Positions 1 to 14,933 are shown, counted from the stretch's first letter. The stretch: 64,000 nucleotides of DNA from Octopus sinensis (GCF_006345805.1 NC_042998.1:10726001-10790000), one strand, 5' to 3'. Notes: generated from the sequence alone by a model not told the origin. Translations and numbers: made by a program.

Positions 1-633
1 TTAACTCATAATAGTGGTGATTAATAATGTTAATTATCAGGTCGAACCAGCCCTGCGTTACTATAAGTTCCATAGGAACCGACTGCAGGATCAAAATATG
101 GAAAATTAATGATGGCTTCTAAATGAGAACATATTGTGCATATTGTGATCTCCATTGGTCATTTCAGGTCACGTGAATAGACTTATAAAACTGTGACAAC
201 AAGTATTCAAGGATGTCAGGTCGAGTCGAAGTAACCTTTCTGGATGTATCAGTTTGCATACTTCCTGGGGCGTCACGTATTAATGTGAGCGTGATGTATT
301 TCTAACTAAGCACTGATAGGCCACAACGATAACATGTGGAAGGGAAATAATCTCACCGTGGGGAATCTGGGATTGTTTATCCAACAATTGTCATAGGTCA
401 ACCAAGGTTAAGGTAGTCTTTTCAGAGCATCAACGGGTAATAGTTTGTAGTTCAACAACAGGGTAAATCTTTGGTGACAGCAATATAATACGTCAGTTTC
501 TCTGTTAATGGGTTTGCATGTTGTTGCAATATTTGTAATTTTACACGGAGGCAAATGTGAAAATTGCGAACTGCAGATAAGTAGTGAGAGAATATGATGT
601 CGCGGAAGTAGTTTCCATGGTCTCGGAGTGTGT

Positions 634-2314
634 TTATTTACCCAGAAATTGTGTTCATGCCAACTCGAGTAAAGGTGGTCTAATCAGCGAGTAATGCTTT
701 GAAGCTCATTAGCAGCACATATAATTGTTGGCAACAGCATAATAGATCTATTTTTCTCTGGGTGGCATGCATAGCCTGTTGCAACATGTGCAGTTTCTCC
801 CGGGGGCAGAGTTGAAAATGAGGAAAGGGCGTATGATTAGTGAAGGTTTTATTAAGGATACTTCATAAGATGATGGGTGAATAGTTTTCATAGTCTCCAG
901 ATAACGCAGAGAGTTGAAGTTTTCTCAGTCCCTGCAGCTGAAGAAGTGATAATGTGTAACTCTTCCTTTGAAATCATTGGCTGCCATATCCCTTTCATAT
1001 TTCGTGATACCATTGGACAGTCTTAGGATAGCTCTATAATACACAGTCTTTGTGAATTAGACTTGGAGGTAAAGTTTTCCCAATTCTCATACCCGGAGGA
1101 GCGCTGACGTTGGGTAAAATTTTCTTTGAATCGTTAACTGTTAGATACTTGTGATACCCTTAGATGGTGTGAAAGTAGCGCTATAAATAACAGCTTTTAA
1201 GTGGCAGAATATATCTAATTGACAAATAGGAATTGCAGTAATTGGGGTATGATGTGGAATATGTCTGTACCTTGCTGTCCTCTTGTGGTATAGGATCTTA
1301 GAAGCGATAATAATTAAGCATAAGCTGATAACCTACACGTTATGGGCATTATCAATGGTACGATACTTATGGAAAACCTTTCTAATTAGGGAGAGGACGT
1401 TTCTAGCTATGCTAGTGTACTTATATATCCCGACTGAATGAAAAATTCGACCAAACTACCCTTCTCTTTCAAACTCCATTCGGGTTTACAGGGGCGTGTG
1501 GATCCTCTAAATTTACTAACTTATCGATTTAGCCACTATGTGTCGTGTTATAATGGAATGCGGCCCCATTGAAGATCTCACTTTGTCCGCTGATAGTCTG
1601 AAGATTCTGTTGCAACTGCTTCTGACATGGTTTCTAATTACAGCCGGATGATCATTGGAATACCTATGGATAGAAACAGTTTCATTGTTACTCTACCTTT
1701 GGTTGTCTACGGATAGTATTTGCTTGTCTTGTGGTTTAGAGTGACACTCAGTAAGTTGGTCGTTGGTAAATTGATAGCAACAGTTATATGCAGGCCGACT
1801 TTTTTAAAGATATTTATAAGATACTTTTTAAAAATTAACATAGCGTGATCGTTCATATCGTTTGAAACTGCTTGGCCGTCGTCCCTATACACGATCGAAC
1901 CGTGTGGATGTGCACATTTTTCTGAGTACACAGGATGAATAACCTGACGAAGTTAGAGGTCGTAACATCCTCGACGCCCAATCAGCAGATTCGCTTTCGT
2001 TTTTACTATGTTGCATACATATAAAACATGAGCGACTTCCTAGATTGTTCTGATATCGATGTTCTAATTTTCCCTCGAAGCTTTCTGAAGACATTTTGAT
2101 ATGGAAGCTTAAAACTTAACACTTTATCTGAGAGGTTTCTGCATCTAATTTGACAGCACTTCTCACGTATTAGCATGCAGTTTTTACAAGCTTATAAACA
2201 TTAAAGTTAGCTATTCGTGCAAGTCGAACAAAAATGCAGTGGTAAAAGTCTCCATCAGAAACCCAGCCTGTAATTCCTGAAAATTCACCATTTGCTTACA
2301 TGGTAAATTACGCA
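634..2314 (-). mobile_element. Degenerate Penelope-like retroelement (RT, thumb and GIY-YIG remnant)
   Basis: ORF 1707-1931 contains YRDDG...IFKKVGLHITV...NLLSVTLN...KYYP (PLE RT catalytic region). The minus strand near 1055-634 reads VYYRAILRLSNGITKY...DFKGR...CNRLC...EKLI (GIY-YIG-like C-terminus). Many stops and frameshifts. Confidence 0.8.
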
Positions 2315-2736
2315 TCACAAAGACTGTGTATTATAGAGCTATCCTAAGACTGTCCAATGGTATCACGAAATATGAAAGGGATATGGCAGCCAATGATTTC
2401 AAAGGAAGAGTTACACATTATCACTTCTTCAGCTGCAGGGACTGAGAAAACTTCAACTCTCTGCGTTATCTGGAGACTATGAAAACTATTCACCCATCAT
2501 CTTATGAAGTATCCTTAATAAAACCTTCACTAATCATACGCCCTTTCCTCATTTTCAACTCTGCCCCCGGGAGAAACTGCACATGTTGCAACAGGCTTTG
2601 CATGCCACCCAGAGAAAAATTGATCTATTATGCTGCTGCCACCAATTATATGTGCTGCTAATGAGCTTCAAAGCATTACTCGCTGATTAGACCACCTTAA
2701 CCCGAGTTAGCATGAACACAATTTCTGGGTAAATAA
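2315..2736 (+). repeat. Inverted copy (pseudo-LTR-like) of 634-1055
   Basis: About 420 bp near-identical reverse complement of 634-1055, e.g. TCACAAAGACTGTGTATTATAGAGC at 2315 vs its complement ending at 1055. Confidence 0.9.
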
Positions 2737-4591
2737 TCTCATTTTGCCCATGTAGGTAATAAAGACACTAATGAGAAAACTCTGCGTTGAAAGGTAAATA
2801 ATTCGTATTACGCTTGTGACGCTAAACCGAAAGACACTCGCTCACTTTTAGTTCTCATGCTGGTACAGATTGCACTCGTAGCTTAATTCTGTCACCATTG
2901 CAAGGTTATGGAAAAATGCATTTATATACATAAACATTACTGGCAGGACTGAGGCCCCTAGATGCAAGTTTAAAGTAAATCATAACTGGATTTAGACTAA
3001 ATATAGAAATAGCTACAAAGACGCATACTATCTACTAAAATATTCCAAATGATAGTTCTCATAGCTGTCGTTTATTATTTCAAGAAACTACACACTACTC
3101 GTGTAAAACAAACCTAATTGTCAGATCTTAAACGTAGAGAAAGATCGCTGTCACTCGCAGGCTAACATTCTGACAACTTAAAATGCACACCAAAACTACA
3201 TTCCTATAACCAAACGGAGGGACAAATACCAATAATACCATTGTCACTTAAAACTTTATTTTTAGATATCACAAAACTATGTACCGTTGAGAAATTTAGT
3301 TTGTTCAACTGCTGTAACTGATATACTATATTTTAAGATTATACGATAGCATTAACTAAAATAGGGCACAGATTCCGAAGTTTTAATGTGTCATTAAGAA
3401 TTGGTGTCATCCATTAACTTACTATGCATACAAGTAACCACGCTGAAACTTTAGTTCTCAAAGAACCAGAGAAAGATATTTTATTTAGACTCTTTAAACT
3501 CTTCTATCAATACATCTATAACGCATATGCAGAACTATTTGGATCTTCAAGTTTTAAGTCTAGTTATTTAATATTTTCTGATTCTGTGACAATAAAATTA
3601 TCTCTTAATTAGATCGCATCTGGAAAAGGCTGTAGTTATTTGGAAAGTATAAACAATGTATTTTAGTTGGAAATAAAAGTGTTATGTTTAAACGCCATTC
3701 TCTATGCATGGCGTTATGAAAACCTTTTTCATATCTGATTTTAATTATCTCTGTCTTCCATAAACAATTTTGTTAGCTTACTTTAGCCGCCGCATTGCTG
3801 GTTCTTTTTTTTATTTATCTCGCTTGTAAAGCACTCTGCAACAGTAAGAAGTGGGCAGAGTTGAAAGAATTAGTCCCACTTGTTATCATTCAATAGTGAA
3901 AATTGTTTATTTGATAAGTTGTCAACATTTTTATTTTCTTGAAAAGACCAGCATTTTCGGTGCACCCTATATCATTTTTTTTGGTTTCAGATTGGAGAAT
4001 TGGAGATTTCATTCGACAGTATTTATTTCATTTTCAAATAATTTGATATTCTATGTATGATTTCAGCATACAATTTTAAAAGAAGGTTGATAAAATGCAG
4101 CCTTACCTAAACCGTTGATAAGTCTCAAAGGACTCGGTGTCCCCATATATTTAGTTGGTTGAAGTTCATAGTGATGTAAAATATGAGCTGGAACGCAATG
4201 CTTTTAATGTATAGGATATGCTGTAATCAACCCTGCAATATATTCGACTATAATCAATACAACACAGGCGTACTTCTGTAAAACTCGAGGAATTTCATCA
4301 ATATTGATCGTGTATTTGCAACACTGACTCGGCGTGATTGCTTTTGCAGGATATAGTTTGTATGTGAAATAAGTGGTCTTGGAGAACACTTTCTTCTCGA
4401 ATTTAAAGTGTTTTAAACACAATTTTATTTGCACATGATGCAAGTGCCACGGTCCCAAGAATTGCTAATAGCATTTTAATAGACGGGCGTTTAACTGATA
4501 GACATTCTCCAATCAGATGTTCATTATTTATATGTGCAGATCATGTCACAATTTCTCATTCTGGTCTTACGCTTTGAATATCTAAAGTTGA

Positions 4592-4654
<63 letters not shown>

Positions 4655-5235
4655 ACACACACACACATCTATCTGCGTGTGTGTGTGTGTGTGCGCGTGA
4701 GCGCCCGTGTGTATGCATATGTCTATATACAAATGCATATGTATCACTCGACTCGTATACACGTACCTATATCCAGGCGAAGATGGCCAAAGCAAATATA
4801 TATATATATATATATGCATGCAAAGGTACTTTCAAAGAGATGAATATAAACTAATAAACAAGTACGAAATGTCACTATAAAACTATAAAACATTGTTAAA
4901 GAGACCTTCTTGACAGATCTCATAAGTGGATAATTCGAGTGAATGTAAAGAATCGCTATTGGAACAGCTTATTAAGAAGTAAAAAGACAGACACACACAC
5001 ACACACGCATACACACACATATGCACGAATACATATATGTAGGCAGAAAATAGAACTTTCAAATCACTGTCCGTCTTTTTATACATGTAATCGTGTAATA
5101 CACTCACACATACACACACATATCTATATATCATCACCATCATCATCATCATTACCATTGTTTAACGTCCATCTTCTATGCATGGGTCGGACGGTTCACA
5201 GGAGCTGACTCGGTAGAAAAACTAACATATGCTAC

Positions 5236-5287
<52 letters not shown>

Positions 5288-5313
5288 CATATATTACACA
5301 TACATATATATTA

Positions 5314-5349
<36 letters not shown>

Positions 5350-5354
<5 letters not shown>

Positions 5355-5672
5355 TATTATTTGAGACAAAACCACTATTTTGCAAAACAAACAAGGAAAG
5401 ACTTAATCAATACATAAAATTTAATAAATAGTCAAAAAACCGCCACTACAATCGTTTCTTGTCTTGATCGACAATCTTCAGGTGGACTTCCAATAATTCA
5501 GTTACAAATTATGAATAATTTGTAACTGAATTATTTGAAGTCCACCTAAGTTGTCGATCAAGACAAGAAACGATGTAGTGGCGGTTTTTTGACTATTTAT
5601 TAAATTTTATGTATTGATTAAGTCTTTCCTTGTTTGTTTTGCAAATAGTGGTTTGTCTCAAATAATATTTTA
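5350..5672. repeat. Fold-back palindrome of a PLE-type tail, ~160 bp arms, 2-nt apex
   Basis: Arms 5350-5512 and 5515-5672 are reverse complements apart from a few single-base indels; a (TA)n array abuts the left arm. Confidence 0.9.
5443..5485 (-). ncRNA. Type I hammerhead ribozyme motif (minimal, dimer-type)
   Basis: Minus strand: CCAC-CUGAAGA-UUGUC(GAUCAA)GACAA-GAAA-CGAUU-GUA-GUGG. Stem I 4 bp, stem II 5 bp, near-palindromic stem III, GUA cleavage triplet. Confidence 0.7.
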
Positions 5673-5809
5673 TAATATTTTACTATAAAAATTGGATTTA
5701 ATCCTAAATCTGATTTTTTTTTCCTGTAAAATTGGATATATTCCCTAATATTTATTATTTATATATATATATATATACATAATATATATACATATATACA
5801 TATATATAT

Positions 5810-5882
<73 letters not shown>

Positions 5883-6211
5883 TATATATATGTATGTATA
5901 TTAATATATATATATATAATATATTATAACGGGAAGCTTTGAAAATAAACAAAAGACGAAGGCAGGTGGAAGACAAACGAACAATGTATTAGTATGGCGC
6001 TCAGGAAATATAAATAATATCAAGGTGAGAAATGGTAGACGTCGTGGTATATTTTTTAAGATTTCACATCCACTGCAAAGTCACTTTGATCCGCGAAAGA
6101 GAGGTGCAGCCAATGGTAAGTATCCAAGAGGTAAAGAAATCCAAGGTAAGGTAAGTTTGATAGTGGTATTGGTAGAATATAGGATGAAAGTGAGACCACG
6201 TGAGCGCATAA

Positions 6212-6382
6212 TATTACGGGAAGCTTTATGAAAATAAACAAAAGACGAAGGCAGGTGGAAAAAACAAGTCTTTAACGTTCGAGCCTACGCTCTTCAACAA
6301 GAAAGATACACAGAGAGAGAAAAACACAGAAAGAAGGAGAGAAAAAAATTGCGTGTCAGTAGCTAACGAATCAACATGGCGA
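6212..6382 (-). mobile_element. Short PLE-tail-type element with degenerate HHR-like motif
   Basis: Homologous to 6715-6905, 23914-24086, 37880-38010 and 46479-46752. Its 5' end is TCGCCATG next to (TA)n. Confidence 0.65.
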
Positions 6383-6714
6383 TATATATATATATGTATA
6401 TATATATTAATATATATTACCTGATATATAATATATACATATATATACAATATATTATATGTATATATATAATATATACATATAATATATATATTATATA
6501 TATATTATATATATATATATAATGTATATATTAATATATAATATATATATATATATATATATACACATAGCTAGGATATGAGAAAGAGAGAGAGACAGAC
6601 AGAGACAGAAAGTGAGAGTGGTAATATATTTACAAACTAGCAATATATATATGTGTATGTGCGCGCACGCGTGCATGGGTGCGAGTGTGTCTGTATATAA
6701 ATATATATATATGT

Positions 6715-8182
6715 ATAGTGAGAATTTCCAAATATACAAAAGACGAAGACGGGTGTGTAAACAGCAAACTGATGTATTGGTTTAACCCTCGGGAAGTGAG
6801 AAAGTCTTTTACGTTTCGAGCCTACGCTCTTCCACAGAAAGGAACACAGAAATAAACAGGGAGAGAAAACAGAAAAAGGTATAGTGGCTACCGATCTATC
6901 ATGGCGAATGCCGGATAGAAGAGTCACACAGAAGAGCTAGGAATGGGAGATAATAAAGTAGTGGTGATCCCAAAACGAGGGTGCGCGTGTATGTGAGAGC
7001 TTTTATGTGCATGTGGAAAGGGGCTGGTGACATTGACGTGTGCTTGTGTGCGTATGTGTATGTGTGTGGATGATGGTGTAGGTGCTGGGAAGTGGTCAGT
7101 GCTAGTATGTGTGCTGGTGTGGGTGTTGGGAAGTGGTCAGTGCAAGTATGCGCGGGGTGGTGTGATGTGGTATGGTGGTGTGGTGGTGTCTGGTACAGTG
7201 GTGTGGTGTAGTGGTGTGTGGTGTGGTGGTGGTGGTGTGGTGTGGTGGTGTGGTGGTGTAGTGGTGTGCGGAGTGGTGTGGTGGTGTGCGGAGTGGTGTG
7301 GTGGTATGTGTAGTGGTATGGTGGTGTGTGGAGTGGTGTGATGGAGTGTGGAGTGGTGTTGGGGCGTGGGGAGGCGAAAGTGGGGAAGAAAGGGTGGGGT
7401 TTAAGTGAGGGGTGGGAGTGGGATGGGATATATAGGGATGGTGGGGTGGTTGGATTGTGTAGGGGTAGAGTAGCGAGGGAGGGTATGACGATAAAGGGAG
7501 AGGGTGCAAGAGAGAATGTGGGTAGCAGTGAAGAGAGGAAGTAGGTACCAGAGCAAGAGAGGACAGGTGGGTGGGAGGAAGTAGGTGTGAGAGGAAGAGA
7601 GGAGAGTGGAAGAGGGTTAAATATAGAGGGGAGGAGAGTTGAGCCAATGTGGCACAAAGGAGCGAAGAGAGATTAATCACTGCTCACGGCGAAGACGGGA
7701 GTCCGGATGGCCCCTGTGCAAGGACAATCCGAACACAGAGAGGTGTTGTAAAGAGTGACCGGTAGAGCGGAAATGGCGCGAGACCTGGGTGTCGTTGCCG
7801 AGTTGGATGTTTCGGAGGTGTTCCGCAAACCGGTCAGCCAAGAGGTGACCCATTTGGCCGATGTATAGAGAAGGACAGAGAGAGAGCAGCAGATGACGTT
7901 GCTAGAAGTGCAGGTGAAGGAGTCAGTGATATGATAGGGTCGATGATAGGTGCCTTTAAGGAGGGTGGTGTTGGAGAAGTAAGGGCAAGTGCGTCAGCGT
8001 GGCCGGGAGCAGGGGAATGAACCGGGCAGGGAGATTGGTTTAGGGAGGAAGCTGTGGACCAAGAGGTCGCGTTGGTTGTGGGATCGTTTGAAGGAGGGGT
8101 GGGGTCCATTAAGGAAGATGTGCGAAGTGGAGGGGTTGGACTGGAGCCGCTGGAAGACTCGGAGAATGGTGTGTTGGGGAAT
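6715..8182 (-). mobile_element. Neptune-like PLE 3' part (Cys linker, GIY-YIG, GT-rich 3' region, HHR-bearing tail)
   Basis: Minus strand: LQSNPSTSHIF...PSFKRSHNQRDLLVHS...PGSFPCSRPR*RTC...FTCTSSNVIC...LYIGQ...LADRFAEHLR...VSRHF. The tail ends in (TA)n. Confidence 0.8.
6806..6841 (-). ncRNA. Minimal HHR-like motif, non-canonical core (CUGUGGA)
   Basis: CUUU-CUGUGGA-A-GAGC(GUAG)GCUC-GAAA-C-GUA-AAAG. Confidence 0.5.
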
Positions 8183-8520
8183 TAGTGTGTGTCCCTGTGT
8201 TGGCATTGGTGTTACTGATATTTGTGCTGCTCCTGTTTGAGTCTACCGTTACTTGGTGCACTGTAGCCTCGCTGTTATATCGGCCTGCCACTGGGCATTC
8301 ATTTCTAATGGTGCATGAACAACCCGCCTTTGTCTGTGGTTTAGGAGTGCAAAGTAAATTTTTCTTAGCATTGGATGCACAACCGAAAGAGATCCTTAAA
8401 TTATGTCTGATAAAGATCTTTCTATATTTGTGCGATCGCTTGAAATGCTTATCGACCAACCTAAGAAAAATCTTCACTGCGTTTAGGGAGAAGCGGGGAG
8501 AGAACAATAAGGTCTTCATA
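8182..8520 (-). mobile_element. PLE fragment (thumb and linker), same family as 57190-58340
   Basis: ORF 8109-8519: FSPRFSLN...FLRLVDKHFKRSHKYRKIF...CSCTIRNECPVAGRYNSEATVHQVTV; colinear with ~57540-57870. Confidence 0.85.
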
Positions 8521-8656
8521 GATTTCGGCCTGTATTGGCCCAGGCCATGTCTAACTTAATAGCACCACCTGATCTGTTTGTCTGTCCAATGCATTTTCCC
8601 ATTAATAGTCGAACCAGCAAGACAGCGAGCTGGCAGAATCTTCTTACTATTATCAA

Positions 8657-8941
8657 GGCGGCGAGCTAGCAGAAACTTTAGCACACCGGACGAAATGCTT
8701 AGCGGTATTTCGTCTGCTGTTACGTTCTGAGTTCAAATTCCGCCGAGGTCGACTTTGCCTTTCATCCTTTCGGGGTCGATTAAATAAGTACCTGTTATGC
8801 ACTGAGGTTGATGTAATCGACTTAATCCCTATGTCTGTCCTTGTCTGTCCTCTCTGTGTTTAGCCCCTTGTGGGTAGTAAAGAAATAGGTATTTCGTCCG
8901 CCGTTACGTTCTGAGTTCTAATTCCACAGAGGTCGACTTTT
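8657..8941 (+). mobile_element. tRNA-derived SINE family A, with partial second body unit
   Basis: GGCGGCGAGCTAGCAGAAAC...GAGTTCAAATTCCGCC (A/B-box-like) followed by GCCTTTCATCCTTTCGGGGTCGAT; the body restarts at 8889. Confidence 0.9.
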
Positions 8942-9199
8942 GTGGCAAAAATTTGAAAACTTTGAAATAATAATTATTCCAATCAGTAAAAAAGTACTCC
9001 AACTGGCGCGAAAGATAAATATTTAATGTACATAAAATTCAAATGCGAGCTACAATTAGTGTCATGCTTTCGACAGGAACATTAGTCGGGATAGCTTTTA
9101 TAGCCTGCCGAGTAATATCGAGTAATCATTAAACTAAAAATAAAACAAAAAGCGAAAAATAACGAGAAAAAAAGGGAACGGGAATGAAAGCATAGAGGT

Positions 9200-9850
9200 T
9201 AGGGCGATAAGTGTTGTGTCTCTTGGGTTCATTTGAAAGGGAATCAAGAATGGTGTGTCTGATTTATTCGATGGGGGAAAGGTTAACATTTGTGAGATTG
9301 CGTGCTTAATCCAAAGAGTGGGATATTCTCTAGTTCGATAATAAAAACTTATCCAGATGCTTGCATTTAGTGAAACTTTTTGTTGAAGAATCCAGTAGGT
9401 CGGTGGAATTCTTGGGCTTAAAATGGTTGATTTCTTTCATCTATGCAAACCTCTAGCTCTTTGACACATGAATATATGCGATGGATCGTAGTACGATGCT
9501 CCGTTTCATGGTGTGTGGGGTATTGTTGACTTTCAGGTTTCAGGTATGGCTAATTTAGTAGTTTTATACTCGTCTACATATCGGAAAGGAAACTGGTGCT
9601 TAGCATATCTTTTTGCAAAATCGCTTTCACATACACTAATATATTTTTTCTCTTGAGTTTTGTTTATTTTGTAAAACAGATCACTTTAACTAGTAAGCCA
9701 GTGAATTTGGTGCCTTTTTGGTTTTTAGTAATCCACTCTGAAGAGGTTACTTCACTATAATTGTGAGATAACGGCCACCTGAAGTGTATTTTGAATTTAG
9801 AAGACAAATCAGGAATAAATATAGGAAAGTGTACGCTCCGACGCTGTAAC
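9200..9850 (-). mobile_element. Possible highly decayed PLE RT fragment
   Basis: Minus-strand peptides FPFRYVDE (RYVDD-like) and REYPTLWIKHAI (GYP-like thumb); heavily disrupted. Confidence 0.3.
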
Positions 9851-11744
9851 AATGCTGCCAGTCAACCCTGTCGATAGGCATTTTATTTATCGAGATTCTT
9901 AAATACAAGGTTTAGCATTTCTGCATTTTCGCATTTCTGCTCATCCTACAATGAAACGGTAGGATGAGAATACGTCACTATGGACCAGCTGAAGGTAGAA
10001 TGTATTGCAGCCCTCTAGGTGACAGAGCCAACCTTAATGTAGAGTCTAGTCGTTATCAAATTGCTTTCAATGGAGTGAAATGTTAAGTCACCCAAAGGCC
10101 AAGTGGTGGTATTAAACCGGGTGGAGTGTTAAACTGTCAACTGGAAACATTTTGCATTCATGGCCTGTCGACTGACGATAAAATGATAATCAATACTAAA
10201 AGTTTATAGTGACTATTCCATTGCACATACTTTTTCCGTTTCAAATCTCGGACCGATGGGAAAATAACCGATCCAGTCTCAATAAGAACAACATCCATCC
10301 ATTACTGATAAAATAAGAAACAAATTTTGTTAAGTATGTTTTATTCTGAGGAAGTTTGTCTACTTTTTGTAAAATGAGAAATGATTAGAAGCGTATTGTA
10401 AGGCAAAGGATATCGAGTGAAACTTGAAACTCTGCAGACTCGATCCACCTGGAACCCACTTCTTACAGATTTTCAGAAAAGAAGTCATTTCAACGCTGTA
10501 GACACGATTAAGCCATTTGTAAAAGGAGAAACTTAGTTCTAAATATTTTCTTTATTAGTTTTTGCTACCTATTTTACCAGAATATTTCACTGAGTCGTAA
10601 TTGGTTTTTGATAATTTTTAAGTGACTGTCCTCTATGTAGGCCCAATCGCATTTCTAGTTTTCATCAAACTGCAAAACCCTGTCCAAATGAGCAATTAAA
10701 AAACTGCTTTAGTAACTTAAAGCAGTAAGAGTTAGTTTTATATTGTATCTAATTTCCAACTAGATAGATTACGCTACAAGAATTCAATGAAAAAACTAAT
10801 GATAAGATACGAACGTCAGACCTTTAAATAACAGCTCGAGAATCTTGCTTTCATTATTTAAGAGATATTGTACTATAGCAATTATAAAAGTACCGAAAAT
10901 ATAGTTTGCTAATGCGCAAGAAAAATCATTATTAAAATACCCAATAATTCAATTTATGACTAGAAAATCACAAGATACTGCGTGTGATTATGGATTAATG
11001 CGGCACGTTCAGCCAGTACTACAAATTTTATTTGCTTATCAGTCATTTCAACGAGCATGAACTGTGTACTTTCGATGCGAGAAAGTGGACTGATGCTGTC
11101 AGGTTATATTATTTTGGTGCAAACCAATGATTTCATTAAGCTCCTTTAAGCACTTTTTTAAACTTCACGATGTTGTTGCTGTTGTTTTATGGAACATGTA
11201 CATAACAATTTTCAAAGGGAGTTCACTAGCGTGGGAAAAGGCTGTACTTATAAGGTGCAGGGTTGTAGAGAGGGAGATAAGACGATCAACGGGTGCAATT
11301 GAATAATGTGTATGGGGTAAAGTTTTTGAGAGACAAAACATTCAAAGAGAGTGCACTGCAGATCAACAAATGTTATCGATGTTAGTTATCCGTTCATTGC
11401 AAATCGGTTAGAACCGAAATGTTACTTCATTACCTATCATATCCGGGTGTTGCATTCCCGCCTACTTTAGGGCGGTTAGGGTGGGCCTTTCCTTGACTAC
11501 GCAACATATTACTGTGGGAGATAAATGATACGGAGCCTATCCGAGTAAAGTTTTCAAAGAGGGGAATGAAGAGAAAAAGACAATAAAACTCACACACACA
11601 CATACACACATGCACATACACACACATATGCATACATACAGACACCATCACACACATATTATAGGCACGGGCATGGTTGTGTCGTTAAGAAGTTCATTTC
11701 CAAATCCCGTGGTATCGGGTTCAGGACCACGGCGTGGCCATCTT

Positions 11745-12689
<945 letters not shown>

Positions 12690-12700
<11 letters not shown>

Positions 12701-13360
12701 TATATAGGTGAGAAAGTTGGTGTGTGAAAGCACGTGCTTGGATGTATAAAAATAGAAAAGAGTGACAAAATTACAGAAGGCTTGTTTTATAAGGTTAAAG
12801 AATATATTTAAGTCGTTATGTTGGAAAAATGTCAACCTTGCAAGAAGGATATGCACAATAGTGTCAGAACAAAATACCAGGAACTTTAGACTGCAAGAAC
12901 TCAAGAACACCGTAATTGACAGACACTACCCAGTTCAACTCATAGAGGATGGGATCAGACGTGCAACAGAAATCGACATAGAAACTTTGAGAAAAGTTCA
13001 ACACAACACACCTTCCCCGAAAGTACTGCCTAACATATCCACATACAACCCCAGAAACAAACAAGCCTTCACCATCATCACCCAGAATTTACCAATACTT
13101 CATAAGGACCTCAAATTAAAGGAAATTCTAAACATACATAAAATCATTAAAAGCTACAAACAACCTAAATCACTTAAAAAGATTCTCACAAAGGCAAAAT
13201 TGTTTTCTGAAATTACGGATGCATAAGTAAAAAAATATGGCAGACCAAACTGCGCAACATGCCCAAACCTTCTAGAAGGATCAGAATTCCTTTTCAAAGA
13301 GGGACAAAAATTTAAGATCAGATATAATTTTACTTGTGCTTCTGAAAACATAATTAAGCC
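12690..13360 (+). mobile_element. Neptune-like PLE fragment (thumb, Cys linker, start of GIY-YIG)
   Basis: ORF 12762-13226: LARRICTIVSEQNTR...HYPVQLIEDGIRRA...TYNPRN...SYKQPKSLKKILTKAK, then *VKKYGRPNCATC...FTCASENII. Confidence 0.85.
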
Positions 13361-14660
13361 CTTTAAGGAGGAGGGGCTCAGTGTGGTCGTATTCCAGTGA
13401 CTGAAACCAGTAAAATAATTTGTATGTATGTGTATATATGTATATACACGTGCGCGTGCACACACACACACACACAGACACAACACACACTAATTCACAC
13501 ACACATAGAGAGAGAGGGAGATTTAAAGCAAGTGCGCGCGCTTATGATCACGAAAAAAACCCAGAGAAATACAGAGGTGCTGATGAACATAAAGAGAATA
13601 TTTAGCTAGAGTAAGAGGGGAAATTAGAAGAAAAAACAACGAAGGCCTCTCTTGCATTTAATAATGGACAATTTCATATTAAGTATTCGTGGGATAAGGA
13701 ATTGGCAGAAAAACTAGACTGCTAGGCAGAATATCTCAACGTAGCTAGTCACATTCCCATACATTCTAACTTTTAAACCATGTTTTATACACTCAAATAC
13801 CATCCTATAAAATCATTCTTTGAGGTATCTCAAAAGCGCTTTCCCAGTTTGGAGAGTTTTAGTATAAGGGTTCCTAGTTAAGGGAATTAATACTGTATGA
13901 GGCAAATAGCTGAAAGGTGATATGTCCGCGACATTGTGAACTGCGTAGCATTCTGTTTATGCCCAGCTACACCTTAAACGGGCTGCAAGACCCGTATATT
14001 CTTATGGTATTAGAAGCGACATTAATGTAAGTTTGATTAACTATTCATTGACGTGCTTAATTTCAGCGACGGGCAAAGCGACATCTGTCCTTATCACATT
14101 TTTCTCTCTCTAAACTCATGCATATTTTTGAGATAAGCGTTGTCCGAATGGATCATAGAGATTCAGTGATAATCAATGTAGATAAAATAAATGATTTAAC
14201 ATAAGAATGGATTACATAAATTTTATTAGTCTGAATAAGAAATAGCAAACCTACAACATACTAAACCATCGCAGACTAGTTGGTTATAGATTTAAATTTG
14301 TACAAATCAATATTCATATGCTGAATAGATTCAAGACTGAATGTACATGCTGTCAGTACTATGCTGTATCCCAGGCGAAGATAATTTTGAGAACGAATAG
14401 TTAGCTATAACTTTCAATGTACGAAGGAAAAGAGAAACACAGATATCTCTGTATAGGATGCCAATGTTCCGAATGGATCATTCTATGGAAATCTGATGAC
14501 TAGTGATAACATCGATGAAAATTGAATCATTATAGAATGAAATATGCGTGGTTAGCTCAGTGCGTTGGCCATTTCAATCCCACCAAATTTCAGTCAGAAT
14601 GTCTAAGCTGTGAATTGTAACTATGAAACAGTAGACTTCATCAATATACAGTCATGTAAC

Positions 14661-14888
14661 TCTCTCTCTCTTTTACTCTTTTACTTGTTTCAGTCAGCTG
14701 ACTGCGGCCATGCTGGAGCACCGCCTTTAATAGAGCAACTCGACCCCGAGACTTATTCTTTGTAAGCCCAGTACTTATTCTATCGGTCTCTTTTGCCGAA
14801 CCGCTAAGTGACGGGGACATAAACATACCAGTATCGGTTGTCAAGCAATGCTAGGGGGACAAACACAGACACACAAACATACACTCAT

Positions 14889-14933
<45 letters not shown>

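Noticed and set aside
1-633. HHR in the 3' region of the first PLE
   Set aside because: No CUGANGA...GAAA arrangement was found by eye on the minus strand.
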